Source of the DNA: Pirellulaceae bacterium
GTDB lineage: Bacteria; Planctomycetota; Planctomycetia; Pirellulales; Pirellulaceae
Direction: 5' to 3'
NCBI GenBank assembly: GCA_026004795.1
Contig: BPJV01000001.1
Coordinates: 528,446 to 592,445, forward strand
Length of the DNA: 64,000 nucleotides
The position numbers were made by a program, and so were the translations under genes. This document shows positions 27,448 to 36,641 of the stretch, piece after piece. The first letter of the stretch is position 1, and each line of letters opens with the position of its first letter. The notes beneath the pieces are model-generated. The model was not told the origin of the DNA, ran no database searches, and saw nothing but the letters and a program-made list of their open reading frames with translations.

Positions 27448-28805
27448 TGGCTCGATACTGCCCAGACAATCGCCGGTCCCTGCGTCCATGGTGTCAGGCA
27501 GTACGGTACATCCGCATGTCATGCTGTTGCCTGGCGGTGGGTGCCCTGCTGCTGAGTTCTCCAGAGGCTCTGGCTCAGGCTGCTCCTCAACTAACCGCAC
27601 AAGGGACTTCGTCGGCCACGACGGATTCTCAATCCGTTGAGAATGGTCCGCCCACCGTGGTAGCCACACCCAACATCACGGCCACACCACCGCAGGATTC
27701 CCCTCCCAGCGATTCTGAAATTTCCGCTGCCGTCGAGAAGATACTCGGTAAGACCGAGTGGTTTGATGAAGTGGAGGTGGAAGTTCACAACGGTGTGGTC
27801 TTCTTGAGGGGGCGTGCCGAAGATGAAACGTCCACAGAGTCGGCTGCTGAATTGGCCGCCTCGGCAGCCGGCGTCCGGGCCGTCGTCAATCGGATGGCCG
27901 TCGTCCGCAAGATCGATTGGTCGCGGACGTTGCCGATCATCATGAGCAGCGTGACCTCGCTATGGCGCGATTTTTTGGCTCACAGTCCGCTGCTTATCGC
28001 CGGCACCGTCGTATTACTGCTGACCGCGCTGGTCGCCAGGATCGCCGAAGCCATCTTCAACCGCATCGCCCAGCGAAGCCGGGTGCGGGCCAGCCTGCAG
28101 GATCTGGTTCGGCAGCTCATGTCGGTCGGGATCTGGATCGTCGGCTTGCTGGTGGCGGCGATCATCATCTTCCCTGGCTTGACTCCCGCCAAAGCACTCA
28201 CCGTACTGGGACTAGGGTCAGTAGCTATTGGCTTTGCCTTTAAAGACATCTTCGAAAACTTCTTCGCGGGCATTTTAATTCTGTGGAAATATCCCTTTGA
28301 TAAGGGAGACTTTATCGAATGCGAAGGACTGCTCGGCAAGATCGAAGGCATCGCCATTCGCACTACGATGATTCGCCAAGTGGACGGGCAATTGGCGGTC
28401 GTCCCCAACGCGTTTTTGTTCAAGAATCCGGTGGATGTCCTCACCAATCGTCCTACTCGCCGCACCACCATTCTTTGCGGTGTGGCCTACGACACCGATT
28501 TGAGCAACGCACGACGAGTGATCGAACAGGCGGTCGAGCAATGCACGACCGTTGACCGCCATCAACCGATCGAGATCTTTGCGCAACAATTCGCCGATTC
28601 GAGCATCAATTTTGAAATCACTTGGTGGACTCGTCCGACACCGCGAGAGATTCGTCAGTCGCGAGATGAAGTGGTGCGAGCGGTGAAACGAGCCCTGGAC
28701 GAGGCGGACATCGAAATCCCGTTTCCTCAGCGCACGTTGCGGTTTCCGGAGGCCTTGTCAGTGCTCGCCAGCCGTCCAGCGGATCGCGCCACGTCTTCCG
28801 AGTAA
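27447..28805 (+). CDS. BON-domain/MscS small mechanosensitive channel fusion (paralog 1)
   Basis: Periplasmic BON (VEVEVHNGVVFLRG...AVVNRM), three TMs, GFAFKDIFENF, VPN, IEIPFPQR. Confidence 0.9.
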   Translation: MARYCPDNRRSLRPWCQAVRYIRMSCCCLAVGALLLSSPEALAQAAPQLTAQGTSSATTDSQSVENGPPTVVATPNITATPPQDSPPSDSEISAAVEKILGKTEWFDEVEVEVHNGVVFLRGRAEDETSTESAAELAASAAGVRAVVNRMAVVRKIDWSRTLPIIMSSVTSLWRDFLAHSPLLIAGTVVLLLTALVARIAEAIFNRIAQRSRVRASLQDLVRQLMSVGIWIVGLLVAAIIIFPGLTPAKALTVLGLGSVAIGFAFKDIFENFFAGILILWKYPFDKGDFIECEGLLGKIEGIAIRTTMIRQVDGQLAVVPNAFLFKNPVDVLTNRPTRRTTILCGVAYDTDLSNARRVIEQAVEQCTTVDRHQPIEIFAQQFADSSINFEITWWTRPTPREIRQSRDEVVRAVKRALDEADIEIPFPQRTLRFPEALSVLASRPADRATSSE

Positions 28806-28874
28806 CGAGGCCGTTGGGCCGCAGCCGATGGGGCGATCCAGCCACACACGACATCGGCAGTTAGGCATGCCGTT

Positions 28875-30347
28875 GTGATTCGAAACGCTTTCACTGCCGA
28901 AGGAGCTACCGATTTGTTCCCATCAGTCCGCCCACTGCCGTGCCTGGCCCTGTTCCTCCTTCTAGGCATCGCCATTCCAGTGCCCGCCGCGATGCTGGGC
29001 CAAGACGAAGCCTCCCTCCCTCAAGATCCTCCGCCTGCAAGCGATGATGGCGATGAGGTCGTGGCCGAAGTGCCTGAGCAGGTGGCCGTTGAACCGACGG
29101 CTCGTGATGACCAGATCGCCGACCGCCTGACGCGGATCCTCGAGGCCACGGGTTGGTTTGAGCAGGTAGAAGTTACCGTCGATGAGGGAGTGGTCTTTCT
29201 GGACGGAGTTTCTCAAGAAGGGCACCACCGCGAGTGGGCCGGGCGCCTGGCATCGAACACGCAAGATGTGGTGGCCGTTGTCAATCGGTTGCGTCTGGGG
29301 CAACAACCACTGTGGGATTTCACGCCCGCGTGGAAGGAATTGTCGCAGTTGACCCGCGACTTGGTGCGTAGCCTGCCGCTGCTGGCCGTCGGCATGGTGG
29401 TATTGGCGTTCACCTGGATGGCGACCCGTTGGACGGCGGTGGGTACGCGAGGCTTCTTTCAACGCCGTGTGGGCAACTCGCTGCTCAGTAGCGTTCTGGC
29501 GCGAACCGTCGCGGTGGTCGTCTTTCTGCTTGGGTTATACCTCGTGCTTCGCATTTCCGGATTGACACGTTTGGCGATGACGGTCATCGGTGGCACGGGA
29601 GTTCTGGGACTGGTCGTCGGCTTCGCCTTTCGCGATATTGCCGAAAATTTCCTGGCCAGTGTGCTGATCAGCATGCAACAGCCTTTTGCCCGCGGAGACC
29701 TGATCGCCGTCGCCGATTACAAGGGATTCGTCCAACGCGTCAATACGCGTTCCACACTACTGATGACCTTGGAGGGAAACCACGTTCAGATTCCCAACGC
29801 CACGATCTACAAGGAAACCATCATCAATTATATGGCCAATCCGAAGACGAGATTCGATTTCGCTGTGGGAATTGGCTACGATGACCCGATCAACCAAGCG
29901 CAATCGATCGCTTTGTCCGTCGTCCGAGAACACCCAGCGGTCTTCGATGACCCCGAGCCGCTCGTCTTAGTAGAGAACCTTGGCGCCTCGACGGTGAACC
30001 TGCGCGTCTACTTTTGGGTGGACATTCACCGCTACGATGGCTTAAAGGTACGTTCAAGTGTGATACGATTGACCAAACTCGCCTATCAGCAGGCAGGGAT
30101 CAGCATGCCCGACGAGGCTCGCGAAGTGGTTTTTCCCGAAGGAGTTCCCGTGCGCATGGTGCCCGAGGAGGCACGCGCCGAAGTGGCCTCCACTCCCCCC
30201 ACCGAACTGCTGGCGTCCACCGTTGGGCCGGCCGAGCCGGTGGCCAGCGCGGCAGAAGGAGACCTGCAGAGCGATGCGGATACGATAAAGAGGCAAGCGG
30301 AACAATCTCGCACGCCGGAGGCGGGGCCAGACCTGCTGGAAGACTAA
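28875..30347 (+). CDS. BON-domain/MscS small mechanosensitive channel fusion (paralog 2)
   Basis: VEVTVDEGVVFLDG...AVVNRL, GFAFRDIAENF, QIPNA, GISMP. Confidence 0.9.
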   Translation: MIRNAFTAEGATDLFPSVRPLPCLALFLLLGIAIPVPAAMLGQDEASLPQDPPPASDDGDEVVAEVPEQVAVEPTARDDQIADRLTRILEATGWFEQVEVTVDEGVVFLDGVSQEGHHREWAGRLASNTQDVVAVVNRLRLGQQPLWDFTPAWKELSQLTRDLVRSLPLLAVGMVVLAFTWMATRWTAVGTRGFFQRRVGNSLLSSVLARTVAVVVFLLGLYLVLRISGLTRLAMTVIGGTGVLGLVVGFAFRDIAENFLASVLISMQQPFARGDLIAVADYKGFVQRVNTRSTLLMTLEGNHVQIPNATIYKETIINYMANPKTRFDFAVGIGYDDPINQAQSIALSVVREHPAVFDDPEPLVLVENLGASTVNLRVYFWVDIHRYDGLKVRSSVIRLTKLAYQQAGISMPDEAREVVFPEGVPVRMVPEEARAEVASTPPTELLASTVGPAEPVASAAEGDLQSDADTIKRQAEQSRTPEAGPDLLED

Positions 30348-30410
30348 CCCTCTCCCTTCGCCGCGCTGGCACCTCTACCCATCATCACCTACCGTCAACG
30401 GTGCATAGGC

Positions 30411-31763
30411 ATGAAGACCTACCTGATCAATCTGTGGGACGGTGTCCGGGGAAGCTACTGGTTCGTCCCGGCGTTGCTGGCTGTAGTGGCCTTGGTGTTG
30501 TCAATCGTGATGCCCTGGGTCGATCAAGGCTTTGCTGACGCTGGATTCGAGCTTCCCGCTTGGGCCGCCACGCGATCGGAGGCAGCACAAACCACACTGT
30601 CGGCAGCAGCCGGGGCGATGATCGGCGTGTCGGGAACCGTGTTTTCCATCACCATCGTTACCCTGTCGTTGACCAGCCAGCAGTTTGGTCCCCGCTTGCT
30701 CCGGCAATTCATGTACGACCTGCTTACCCAGATCACCCTGGGAGTCTTCCTGGCAACCGGTTTCTATTGTTTGCTGATCCTGCGCACCGTAGAAATCACG
30801 CACGACCCGACGCCACCACATTTCTCCATGCTCGTGGCGGCCATCATGGTGGTAACGAGCATGATGTTGTTGATCGCCTTTATTCATCATGTCTCGCAGA
30901 TGATTCAGGCGCCCCACGTGGTCGCTTCGGTGGCGAAGGATCTTGACGATGCCATTGATCGCCTTTTCCCTGAGCGCCTGGGGGAAGCAGGGGGAGAGAA
31001 GGAGGGATCCGCCCCCCCCGCCACCTGTGCGGAATCCTCGGTACTGCCACCAGCCCCTCACTTGAAAGTGCTCGCCCAGAAGGAAGGTTATGTTCAAGCG
31101 ATCGACGCTCATGGCATGATGGAGCTGGCCGAGGAAAGCAACGCCACATTGCGTCTGGCCATACGACCGGGGGATTTCTTGGTTTACCAGATCCTGTTGG
31201 CCGAGGTGTGGTTTCATGGCGAACCGGCGGACACCTCGTCCTTCTCCGAGCGGCTCAACGAAGCCGTGATCGTGGGAATTCGTCGCACCCCGCGTCAAGA
31301 CCTGGAGTGTGCCATCGACGAATTGGTGGAGGTGGCCGTCCGTTCCTTGTCGCCAGGAATCAATGATCCGTTTACAGCGATGAATTGTGTCGATCGCCTG
31401 GCTGCCGCCGTGGGGCGTATCGCTCAGCGCCAATTGCCCGCGCCTTACCGCTACGACCAAGACGGAATGCTGCGCGTCATCGTGCCGGAGGAGCGTTTTG
31501 CCGGCGTGCTGGATGCTGCGTTCAACCAGATCCGTCAGTATGGCCGGGATAGCGTGGCGGTGACGATCCGCATGCTCGAAGCCTTTGAGCGGATTTGTCC
31601 CCACCTGTTTCGACAGGAAGATGCGGAAGCCATGCTACAACATGCCCGGATGTTAGCGCGCCATGCCGACGAATTCCGGGAACAACATGACCGCGACGAC
31701 GTGCTGAGGCGCTACCAACGCGTGGAACACGCCGTGCAGCACCTCCTCGCCAGGGAACAATAG
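30411..31763 (+). CDS. DUF2254-family predicted membrane protein
   Basis: SYWFVP, VFSITIV.LS..SQQFGPRLL, RSLSPGINDPFTA motifs. Confidence 0.85.
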   Translation: MKTYLINLWDGVRGSYWFVPALLAVVALVLSIVMPWVDQGFADAGFELPAWAATRSEAAQTTLSAAAGAMIGVSGTVFSITIVTLSLTSQQFGPRLLRQFMYDLLTQITLGVFLATGFYCLLILRTVEITHDPTPPHFSMLVAAIMVVTSMMLLIAFIHHVSQMIQAPHVVASVAKDLDDAIDRLFPERLGEAGGEKEGSAPPATCAESSVLPPAPHLKVLAQKEGYVQAIDAHGMMELAEESNATLRLAIRPGDFLVYQILLAEVWFHGEPADTSSFSERLNEAVIVGIRRTPRQDLECAIDELVEVAVRSLSPGINDPFTAMNCVDRLAAAVGRIAQRQLPAPYRYDQDGMLRVIVPEERFAGVLDAAFNQIRQYGRDSVAVTIRMLEAFERICPHLFRQEDAEAMLQHARMLARHADEFREQHDRDDVLRRYQRVEHAVQHLLAREQ

Positions 31764-31853
31764 GATACGCGACCAAACTGGGGGTGGGCGATCCCTTGAC
31801 GACATCCACCGCCAGGGAAGGCCGACGGAGCTGCACGATGGCATCGACCGCTG

Positions 31854-32783
31854 CTATTTGGGAACCACCAGGACGGGATGTGGAGAGCGACGGATGTAAT
31901 CGTGCACCTCGGCTTGCGCATCGTGCTCCCCCTGTTCGAGCGCGAGGATCATGAGCACGGGGTGCGTCTGGGGATGCTCCGGCGTAACAGGCTGGTCGTC
32001 ATCGTCCTCATGACGCACCAGCAAGTCGTAGTCAACCCCCATCTCCTTCGCACTCTTTTGCAATCCGGCGTGCAGACGCGCATAGGCCTTCGCCAGAGCG
32101 CGTTCCACATCCTCGTAGCTGATCTCTTCCGCCGGATGCAAGGCTTGAACGATGGTGCGGAAGTTCTCATAAAACTGATGTTCGACAAGGAGCAGCAACT
32201 CCAGGCGCCCACCGTTTCGTACCAATCCCACGGCATACGCCGCCGCCTTCTCCGCGGCCTCGTTCTCTCCCGTCAACACGATCCGCACATGCGCCAAAGG
32301 ATCTCGTGTCCTAGCGTCCGGCTGCCGAATCGCCACGAAAGGGATCTTTAAGCGGGAGATCAGCACATCCACCACCGTTCCCGTACTGTCCTCACCAACA
32401 CTCTCGAAGTCTCTACCGAACGGGCAGGGAACGATGAGGAAATCGGCGTCCACCTCGTCAATAGCAGCCAAGATCCTTTCGAATGGCTCATCGCCTTTTG
32501 CTTCCTGAAGGACCGATGCCCCAAGCTGCTGCAACGCGGCACGTTGCTCATGGTTCGTAGCATCGCCGAGATTCAAGACGGAGAATTGGCAAGACCATTG
32601 TTCAGCAACTCGCTGCGCCATGGCCACAGTAGCAGCATCTTGGCTCGAGCCATCGAGAGCGATTAAGGCGCGTCGGCCGCGACACGGCCGTACAGAATTC
32701 ACCACGCCGACATCAGCACGACGAAAGAGATCGATGGAAGCAGCCAGGTCCTGGTCCACTTTTCGTTGCGTGGTATCGGTCAT
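31854..32783 (-). CDS. Tandem universal stress protein (USP)-like protein
   Basis: LIALDGS, ADFLIVP...G, and C-terminal RRSPHPVLVVP USP-type elements in two halves. Confidence 0.65.
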   Translation of the reverse strand: MTDTTQRKVDQDLAASIDLFRRADVGVVNSVRPCRGRRALIALDGSSQDAATVAMAQRVAEQWSCQFSVLNLGDATNHEQRAALQQLGASVLQEAKGDEPFERILAAIDEVDADFLIVPCPFGRDFESVGEDSTGTVVDVLISRLKIPFVAIRQPDARTRDPLAHVRIVLTGENEAAEKAAAYAVGLVRNGGRLELLLLVEHQFYENFRTIVQALHPAEEISYEDVERALAKAYARLHAGLQKSAKEMGVDYDLLVRHEDDDDQPVTPEHPQTHPVLMILALEQGEHDAQAEVHDYIRRSPHPVLVVPK

Positions 32784-32816
32784 GATCGTACTCGACTTGC
32801 TCGACTTGCGTGGGAT

Positions 32817-34223
32817 TCAGGGGAGCGGCGGTATCCAGCCCAAAAAACGAAATAACAGCAAGAATCCGATGGCACCGAGAATCTGCAATACCATGATGGT
32901 GCCGCCCAGACGTATGAATTCCCCCCATGATACCGTCTGATGCTCTTCCTTCTGCAAGGTGTACAACGCGATGACACAGGAAATCGAACCGATGGGCGTG
33001 CCGTTGCCACCCAGGTTGCATCCCAGAATAACGCTCCACCACATCGGTTCCACAGGAACGGCACTTCCCCCGATTTCGTTGACAATGGGAATGAGTGTGG
33101 CCGCCACTGGAATGTTATCCACAATCGCGGAGGCGACGCCAGAAAACGCAGTCAGCAAGGCAACCAAGGCAGGAGTACTCCCGCCTGAAAAATGAACTAC
33201 CTGTTCCGCCATCCAGCTCAACGCGCCCGTCGACTTCACACAACCGATGATCACAAACAATCCCACGAAAAACAGAATCACCGTCCAGTTGACCTTGGCA
33301 ATGGAGTCCTCGACCGATTTGCCAGCAAACAGCAGCGCCGCAGTACCACCGGCCAAAGCGACATAGTCCATGCCTACTCCCAACGGTTGTGCCAGAGCAA
33401 ACCCGACGACGGTGAGGACCAAAATGACCGCACTGCGTATCAAAATGCGACGATCGTCTACCATTGCCCACGGATCGAACTGTTCGATCCGCTGGCGTAA
33501 CAGCTGGCGAGCATCCTCCGCCTGCTGCCAGGGAAGCGAACGGCGAAAACAAAAGCGCAACAGGGCAATGGCAATAATCAGACTGATCAGTGCATACGGA
33601 GCGGAGACGATCAAGAAATGAGCGTAGGGAATCCCTGCCTGGGTGCCGATCATGATGTTCGGCAAGCCGCTAGCAAAGGTGACGATGGCTCCGCTGTTGG
33701 CACACACGGCTGCCGACAGCAAAAATGGTTTGGCAGGATAATCGAGCGCGCGACAAATAACGAGAATCAATGAGCTGAGGATCAGCATCGCCGGCACAAT
33801 CGTCAACACGGCCACAAAGGCAAACGTCAACGCACAAATGGCGAAATAAAGCGCCGAGGCGCGTCCCCCTGTAGCCCGCACGATTTGCATGCTCAGAAAA
33901 TGGAACAGACCGCTGCGACCGGTTACATCCACCAAAATACCGGTGCCAATGATGACCCCGAAAATGTTGAGATCGTGCGACAGGATCTCATGGATGTCCT
34001 CGTACGATGGGAGCACTCCCAGAGCCAACGCCGCTGCAGTAAGCAGGACGGCTCCGGTAAGCGCAGCGACCGTCTTATGAAACCGCTCGACCGCCACCCC
34101 GATGTAGGTGAGGATCATACCCAACAAGAAGATAAGCATGACCCAACCGGGAGCACGGCCACCACCTTCTTCCCCCGCCCCCAAGAGCAGGTCCCTAGGT
34201 TGCTCGAACAGCCAAAGCTCCAA
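32817..34223 (-). CDS. ArsB/NhaD (IT superfamily) permease
   Basis: ANSGAIVT...PNIMIG, SAIVDNIP, NLGGNGTPIGS motifs; GGAGG RBS before TTG 34223. Confidence 0.85.
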   Translation of the reverse strand: MELWLFEQPRDLLLGAGEEGGGRAPGWVMLIFLLGMILTYIGVAVERFHKTVAALTGAVLLTAAALALGVLPSYEDIHEILSHDLNIFGVIIGTGILVDVTGRSGLFHFLSMQIVRATGGRASALYFAICALTFAFVAVLTIVPAMLILSSLILVICRALDYPAKPFLLSAAVCANSGAIVTFASGLPNIMIGTQAGIPYAHFLIVSAPYALISLIIAIALLRFCFRRSLPWQQAEDARQLLRQRIEQFDPWAMVDDRRILIRSAVILVLTVVGFALAQPLGVGMDYVALAGGTAALLFAGKSVEDSIAKVNWTVILFFVGLFVIIGCVKSTGALSWMAEQVVHFSGGSTPALVALLTAFSGVASAIVDNIPVAATLIPIVNEIGGSAVPVEPMWWSVILGCNLGGNGTPIGSISCVIALYTLQKEEHQTVSWGEFIRLGGTIMVLQILGAIGFLLLFRFLGWIPPLP

Positions 34224-34391
34224 GGTGAACGCCTCCGCGTTGCGTGCCGTGATGTCGCATCAAGGTGCCGATGCATCGACTTGGCGTCAATCGTACCCCT
34301 CTTCTCTCTGGCCTACAACCGAAGTGTCCCCTCGCCTGACGCCTATTGGCTTCAGTCGTTCCTGGCAAGGCCCGCGCCGCGTCTGCTTGAC

Positions 34392-34688
34392 TCAGGCGGA
34401 AAAAACGCCCAACCCTATTTTTGGGGGGACAGGGGCGTCGAGAATCTGCATCAATTGCTCTCGTCGCCGTGCTCCCATTTTGCGGCGCCGACGATGCTCA
34501 GCGGGCGACCACGTCGCTTTGATGGCTGCCACTCGCGCCATGATCTCTTCATCCGTCAATAGGATGGGGGCATCCCATTGATCCACTCGCTCATTCCCCA
34601 ACGTTCCTTCCAGAATCTCTACCTGGCTCATCGGCTTACTCCTTACATCACCAGTGTAAAAATGGGCTCGCGATTGCTGGCGGTTCAA
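34392..34688 (-). CDS. Small hypothetical protein
   Basis: Stand-alone ORF with a helical, Arg-rich core (LTDEEIMARVAAIKATWSPAEHRRRR); start uncertain. Confidence 0.5.
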   Translation of the reverse strand: MNRQQSRAHFYTGDVRSKPMSQVEILEGTLGNERVDQWDAPILLTDEEIMARVAAIKATWSPAEHRRRRKMGARRREQLMQILDAPVPPKIGLGVFSA

Positions 34689-35326
34689 CGCGCCAAACAG
34701 TCGCTAGACAAGGAACGGCCGGTTCTCCGGTGTTCCAGGCAGCCTTCCTCACTGCCATACCCAGACCTAGATGCAAGTAGTGTGCCGAAATTTCCGATTA
34801 CAACGATTTTCGGGGGAATCATGATGAACATGGGCCGGAGTTTACTGGTGACCAATCCAGGGGATAGAAAAGACTACCTTGGGGCAACGACAGCGATTAT
34901 CACTTCTGCTGCCGGAGATCCAATCTCTTGTAACCGTTCATGGCTCGGTCGAAAGGGCGAGGCTGCTCCCCAGCCGGTTCCGCAGCCCACTCGTCCTGGG
35001 CGGCTCAACCGGAGCCGCGCCCTCCCACAATCGCAACCCGTTGGGTAAGACGGGAAGGGCTCCAGGCGCCGGTTGGCTAGCATGGCAGCGCGTGCGGCTT
35101 CCCATCTTGCCTGGCCTTCCCAGTCAACGCGAAAGGAACGATCGGTTGGGGCCGTGAAATCGCTGATTGTCGAGGGGGTTGGTTGACGATTCTGACTAAC
35201 ATTGCGTTGAGAGCTCTCCCATCATTGATCATTCTTTGATCGCTGAGGGATCTCTGCTGCCGAATCTTCAGCGGATTATCTATCCCATGCGCTATTGGGC
35301 AGGGGCCAGCAACAGGAGGAAGTTTC

Positions 35327-36229
35327 GTGCCACGAGTTTCGATTATCATTCCTTATTTGCACGACGATGCCCGGTTGGAAGCAACGCTGGTTAGTGTGCT
35401 CGAGAATCGTCCCTCCGATTGCGAAATATTGGTGGTGCATGATGGCAGTTACACGAATCCTTATCAGTTGGAGGATGAGGTCGTCTTAGTAGACACCGAC
35501 GCGGGTGCCACGGCAGTCGATCTGATCAATGCCGCCCTGCGCGCTTCCTGTGCCCCCTTCCTCCATACGCTGTGGCCCGGCATCGAGGTGTTCGATCATT
35601 GGCTGGAAGAAGCCTTGGAGGAATTGGAAGGGAGCGAGGCGGCGGCAGCGGCCTTGGGGCTGGAATTGGAAGGAGGTGGCGAGATCATCGGCGTGCACGG
35701 CAATCCGTATGCCTGCGCTGCTCCGTGGAGTTCTGTCCTGGTCAGTCTCGACTCCACGGCCCCGTTTGGACCGCTGCTGCACTGCGCCGTCTATCGCCGT
35801 CGGGTGTTGTTAGGGCTCGATGGTCTTCCGCAAACAAGCGTAATCGGGGCTTCATTGTTGACGGCAGCCGCGATCGACGCCCTCGGATTCGATACCATCG
35901 CCTGCGCGCCGGTGGGGCGAACCTCGAGCCATGTATTGGCCTGCCAGTCACCGGCAGACCTCACCGCCATTTCCCAAGCAGTGGTCGCCATCCACCAACA
36001 GCAGCCTACGTTCGCACAAGCGGCTCGATGGCTGCTCTCCGGTTTGTGTACCCGACGATGGACCGGGGCACTAGCCTGGCTGGCCGGTAGCCGCACGGCC
36101 CATGCTTTGCGTGAGGACTTTGAACGACGCATCGATGGGGCAGCGAAGAACCTGCAGGGAGCACCAACCATCTCCATCCCCTTGCCTTCGCCCCACCACG
36201 GGGAGGTACCGGCCCGCAGGGCGGCATGA
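35327..36229 (+). CDS. Glycosyltransferase family 2-like protein (divergent)
   Basis: RVSIIIP and EILVVHDGS N-terminal GT-A motifs; GGAGG RBS; no clear DxD. Confidence 0.7.
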   Translation: MPRVSIIIPYLHDDARLEATLVSVLENRPSDCEILVVHDGSYTNPYQLEDEVVLVDTDAGATAVDLINAALRASCAPFLHTLWPGIEVFDHWLEEALEELEGSEAAAAALGLELEGGGEIIGVHGNPYACAAPWSSVLVSLDSTAPFGPLLHCAVYRRRVLLGLDGLPQTSVIGASLLTAAAIDALGFDTIACAPVGRTSSHVLACQSPADLTAISQAVVAIHQQQPTFAQAARWLLSGLCTRRWTGALAWLAGSRTAHALREDFERRIDGAAKNLQGAPTISIPLPSPHHGEVPARRAA

Positions 36230-36350
36230 CCTGACCACTGGCTCTTGCACCGCAAGTCGCGGCTATTGTTGGCGTCGGCCAAGCCGTTCCCCCACGGCGC
36301 TGCACGCAGTTGTGAATTCCGTCGAGGTACGCCTCGGTCGTTGTCGGGCG

Positions 36351-36632
36351 CTACGCCAAAGCCCGAACGATCTGGGAATAACTCCACCACAGCACCGCTG
36401 CAGTACCCCCGATCAGCAACAGAGTGTACAAGACCACGATCACCGACCAGACGATTTTTTCCGTTCGTGAAAAACGAGGACTCATCCACAGCAAAGGCAA
36501 CCCTAGGCAACCGGTAACTCCGAACAGGAGGGCGAAGATCGTCCCCCGCTTCTCTAACAACTGCTCGCGCAGGCTAGGCAGTGGTTTCGAGGGGGCAGTT
36601 TCGTCCGGTGGTGATTGAGGTGCACTCGTCAT
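36351..36632 (-). CDS. Small two-TM membrane protein
   Basis: Two hydrophobic segments flanking LWMSPRFSRTEK; 9 nt downstream of the YyaL-like gene. Confidence 0.7.
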   Translation of the reverse strand: MTSAPQSPPDETAPSKPLPSLREQLLEKRGTIFALLFGVTGCLGLPLLWMSPRFSRTEKIVWSVIVVLYTLLLIGGTAAVLWWSYSQIVRALA

Positions 36633-36641
36633 AGCTTCTTC

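Noticed and set aside
32791-32808. 9-bp tandem duplication CTCGACTTG x2 between the permease and USP genes
   Set aside because: Real but short, within a 33-nt intra-operon gap; most simply a neutral slippage duplication.
34689-35326. Possible riboswitch or structured RNA upstream of the GT2-like gene (includes a GAAA-capped hairpin near 34943-34962)
   Set aside because: I could not match conserved motifs of any known riboswitch class; a covariance search would be needed.
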